DNA from: Gammaproteobacteria bacterium
GTDB taxonomy: Bacteria; Pseudomonadota; Gammaproteobacteria; GCA-001735895
Direction of reading: 5' to 3'
Assembly: GCA_050298595.1 (NCBI GenBank)
Contig: JBNKUM010000012.1
Coordinates: forward strand, 1 to 37,838
DNA length: 37,838 nt
The translations under genes were made by a program, and so were the position numbers. Positions 36,374 through 37,838 of this stretch are shown piece by piece (the stretch's first letter is position 1; every line of letters begins with the position of its first letter). The notes beneath the pieces are model-generated. The model did no database searches. It worked only from the letters and a program-made list of their open reading frames with translations, and was not told the DNA's origin.

Positions 36374-37837
36374 TTACTCGTCGTTGTTTGCGCCGAGATT
36401 TACCAGAGCATTCTTGATCTGGTCAGCCGCCAAACCCCAGCCGAACAGGAGCAGATAAGAGAGACCAGATCCTTTAAGAGCTGCATTAAACTCATCGGTA
36501 TTAATGCTAATAACAAAGGTAGAAATAAGCGTGATTACAAGTAACACGATATCATTCCGACGCAACCCTCGAAGGTAACTCAAATCATCGGACTTATGAG
36601 TCGTAAACGATATAGCTTCTATCTTTAGTTTGTTTTCATTACCTCCATTATTAGAGCTGACTTTTTCTATATCGGGATAAATGGTTACCGATGCCGTTAC
36701 CTCTACGCCACTGTATGGAATAAACTGCGTTACGCGCGGCTGATGTGTGACAGGGTTCAACTGCCTCAACTCTTTGGGCGCTTTGAATGTAAAGATTTGA
36801 GTGACCTTTTGTAAAACAGTCCCCAACTCTTTGGGCGCCATGAATGTAATATTCCAGCAATATACAAAACGGTGATTGAACGCAAAGCTTTGAGCGACCT
36901 TTTGTAAAACAGTCTCATTTTCTGGAGCTATTTCAAAGTCAATAAGCTGGTAGGCCTTATGCCTGGCAGTGGGATTTGGCAGACGAAATTTGACACTTTT
37001 TTCTTTTAGATCATCCCATGCCTGGTTATCAGCCATGTCATAAAGATGCTGAAGCTTCACACCTTTTTTACAATCATCTATAAGAGTGTTACGTAGTTCC
37101 TTATCATATTGATCAACGATCAATTTTAGCGGGGAATAGTATTTAAGTTCTCGTAAGATAGCTTCGCGGATTGTGCTGGGTCGATTATCTGGGGCCATTC
37201 CCTGCCACAGGGCTCGTACAGTTTCAAGGCGGCCACTTTTCAGGGCTTTGATTTGTGTAATGGATTTTTCTACTTTGTCGCTGAGTTTGTTGCTATTTTC
37301 TATTAACAGTTTCAGGCACTCAATTATCCGCTGCTGCTCTTTAATTTGTGCTGGTTCAGTCAGGGGGATATTGTTTAGTGGTGTCAGTATCTTCTCCGAG
37401 AGTGAATTCCAAAACTTCTCATCATCTAGCAATACATGAACCGATGTCAGGGCTAACTCTATCGGTCCAACACCTTCTTCGTCGTATTTGTTCATTTTCT
37501 TAGAGGCCTTCTGAATGTCGGAGCGTAGTTTATTCACCGGGTTTTGTTCCATATCCATCCAATCATCAAGTACCTTCTGTATCTCTTTATTAGCGTTATT
37601 GGTATTGTCGTCCTGGAGGTGTTTGAGTGACGCTATCCATTTGATCAGGCTCTTAAGGTCTTCGTCGAATCCAACCAAGGTGGTCACGGCTTCCTTCAAA
37701 TTATTAAAATCCTTATCCTCCTGTTTTAACTGTTCGAGAAACACACTTTGTTCAAGTTCTCGCATGGCCTGTTCCAGATCCGACCAAAACCTGTGGCAAA
37801 GCTTCTGAGGATCGCGCCATTCCTCTATCTCTTTCAA
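36374..37837 (-). CDS. Hypothetical protein, 5'-truncated by the window edge: helical/coiled-coil region, beta-rich segment and two C-terminal TM helices
   Basis: 487-codon open frame running off the window; hydrophobic DIVLLVITLISTFVISI and LSYLLLFGWGLAA segments. Confidence 0.8.
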   Translation of the reverse strand: MKEIEEWRDPQKLCHRFWSDLEQAMRELEQSVFLEQLKQEDKDFNNLKEAVTTLVGFDEDLKSLIKWIASLKHLQDDNTNNANKEIQKVLDDWMDMEQNPVNKLRSDIQKASKKMNKYDEEGVGPIELALTSVHVLLDDEKFWNSLSEKILTPLNNIPLTEPAQIKEQQRIIECLKLLIENSNKLSDKVEKSITQIKALKSGRLETVRALWQGMAPDNRPSTIREAILRELKYYSPLKLIVDQYDKELRNTLIDDCKKGVKLQHLYDMADNQAWDDLKEKSVKFRLPNPTARHKAYQLIDFEIAPENETVLQKVAQSFAFNHRFVYCWNITFMAPKELGTVLQKVTQIFTFKAPKELRQLNPVTHQPRVTQFIPYSGVEVTASVTIYPDIEKVSSNNGGNENKLKIEAISFTTHKSDDLSYLRGLRRNDIVLLVITLISTFVISINTDEFNAALKGSGLSYLLLFGWGLAADQIKNALVNLGANNDE

Positions 37838-37838
37838 C

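Overview
This is an accessory, heavily rearranged region that looks gammaproteobacterial (inferred from gene content; the taxon cannot be fixed from this window). It opens with a giant 5'-truncated Rhs/YD polymorphic toxin ending in an AHH-type HNH nuclease tip, followed by a DUF4303-like immunity gene. A 'scrapyard' (about 9.2-14.8 kb) follows, with two PEP-CTERM genes set among remnants of Y1/HUH (RAYT-like), IS110 and IS4 transposases. The same scrapyard holds what looks like a decayed nif-accessory operon: flavodoxin, GST and DUF6156-like fragments plus two intact TGT-N10-ACA sites. Next come a site-2 protease/TPR protein, DUF4266-DUF3570, DUF3087, citrate synthase and a TPR protein. A small island then carries a sphingomyelinase-like EEP-jacalin-ricin enzyme, a neutral-ceramidase fragment and a type-2 NLP (NPP1)-ricin toxin, all three linked to sphingolipids; this is the best candidate for an undescribed system. 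The rest comprises a Cys-rich ECF sigma/CMD/PAS-like module, a membrane Ser/Thr kinase, an orphan small GTPase, a plant-type FNR, a methyltransferase and a partial ORF. Several families of short palindromic intergenic repeats are present. I saw no rRNA, tRNA or CRISPR array. All family assignments come from recognising motifs by eye; no searches were run.
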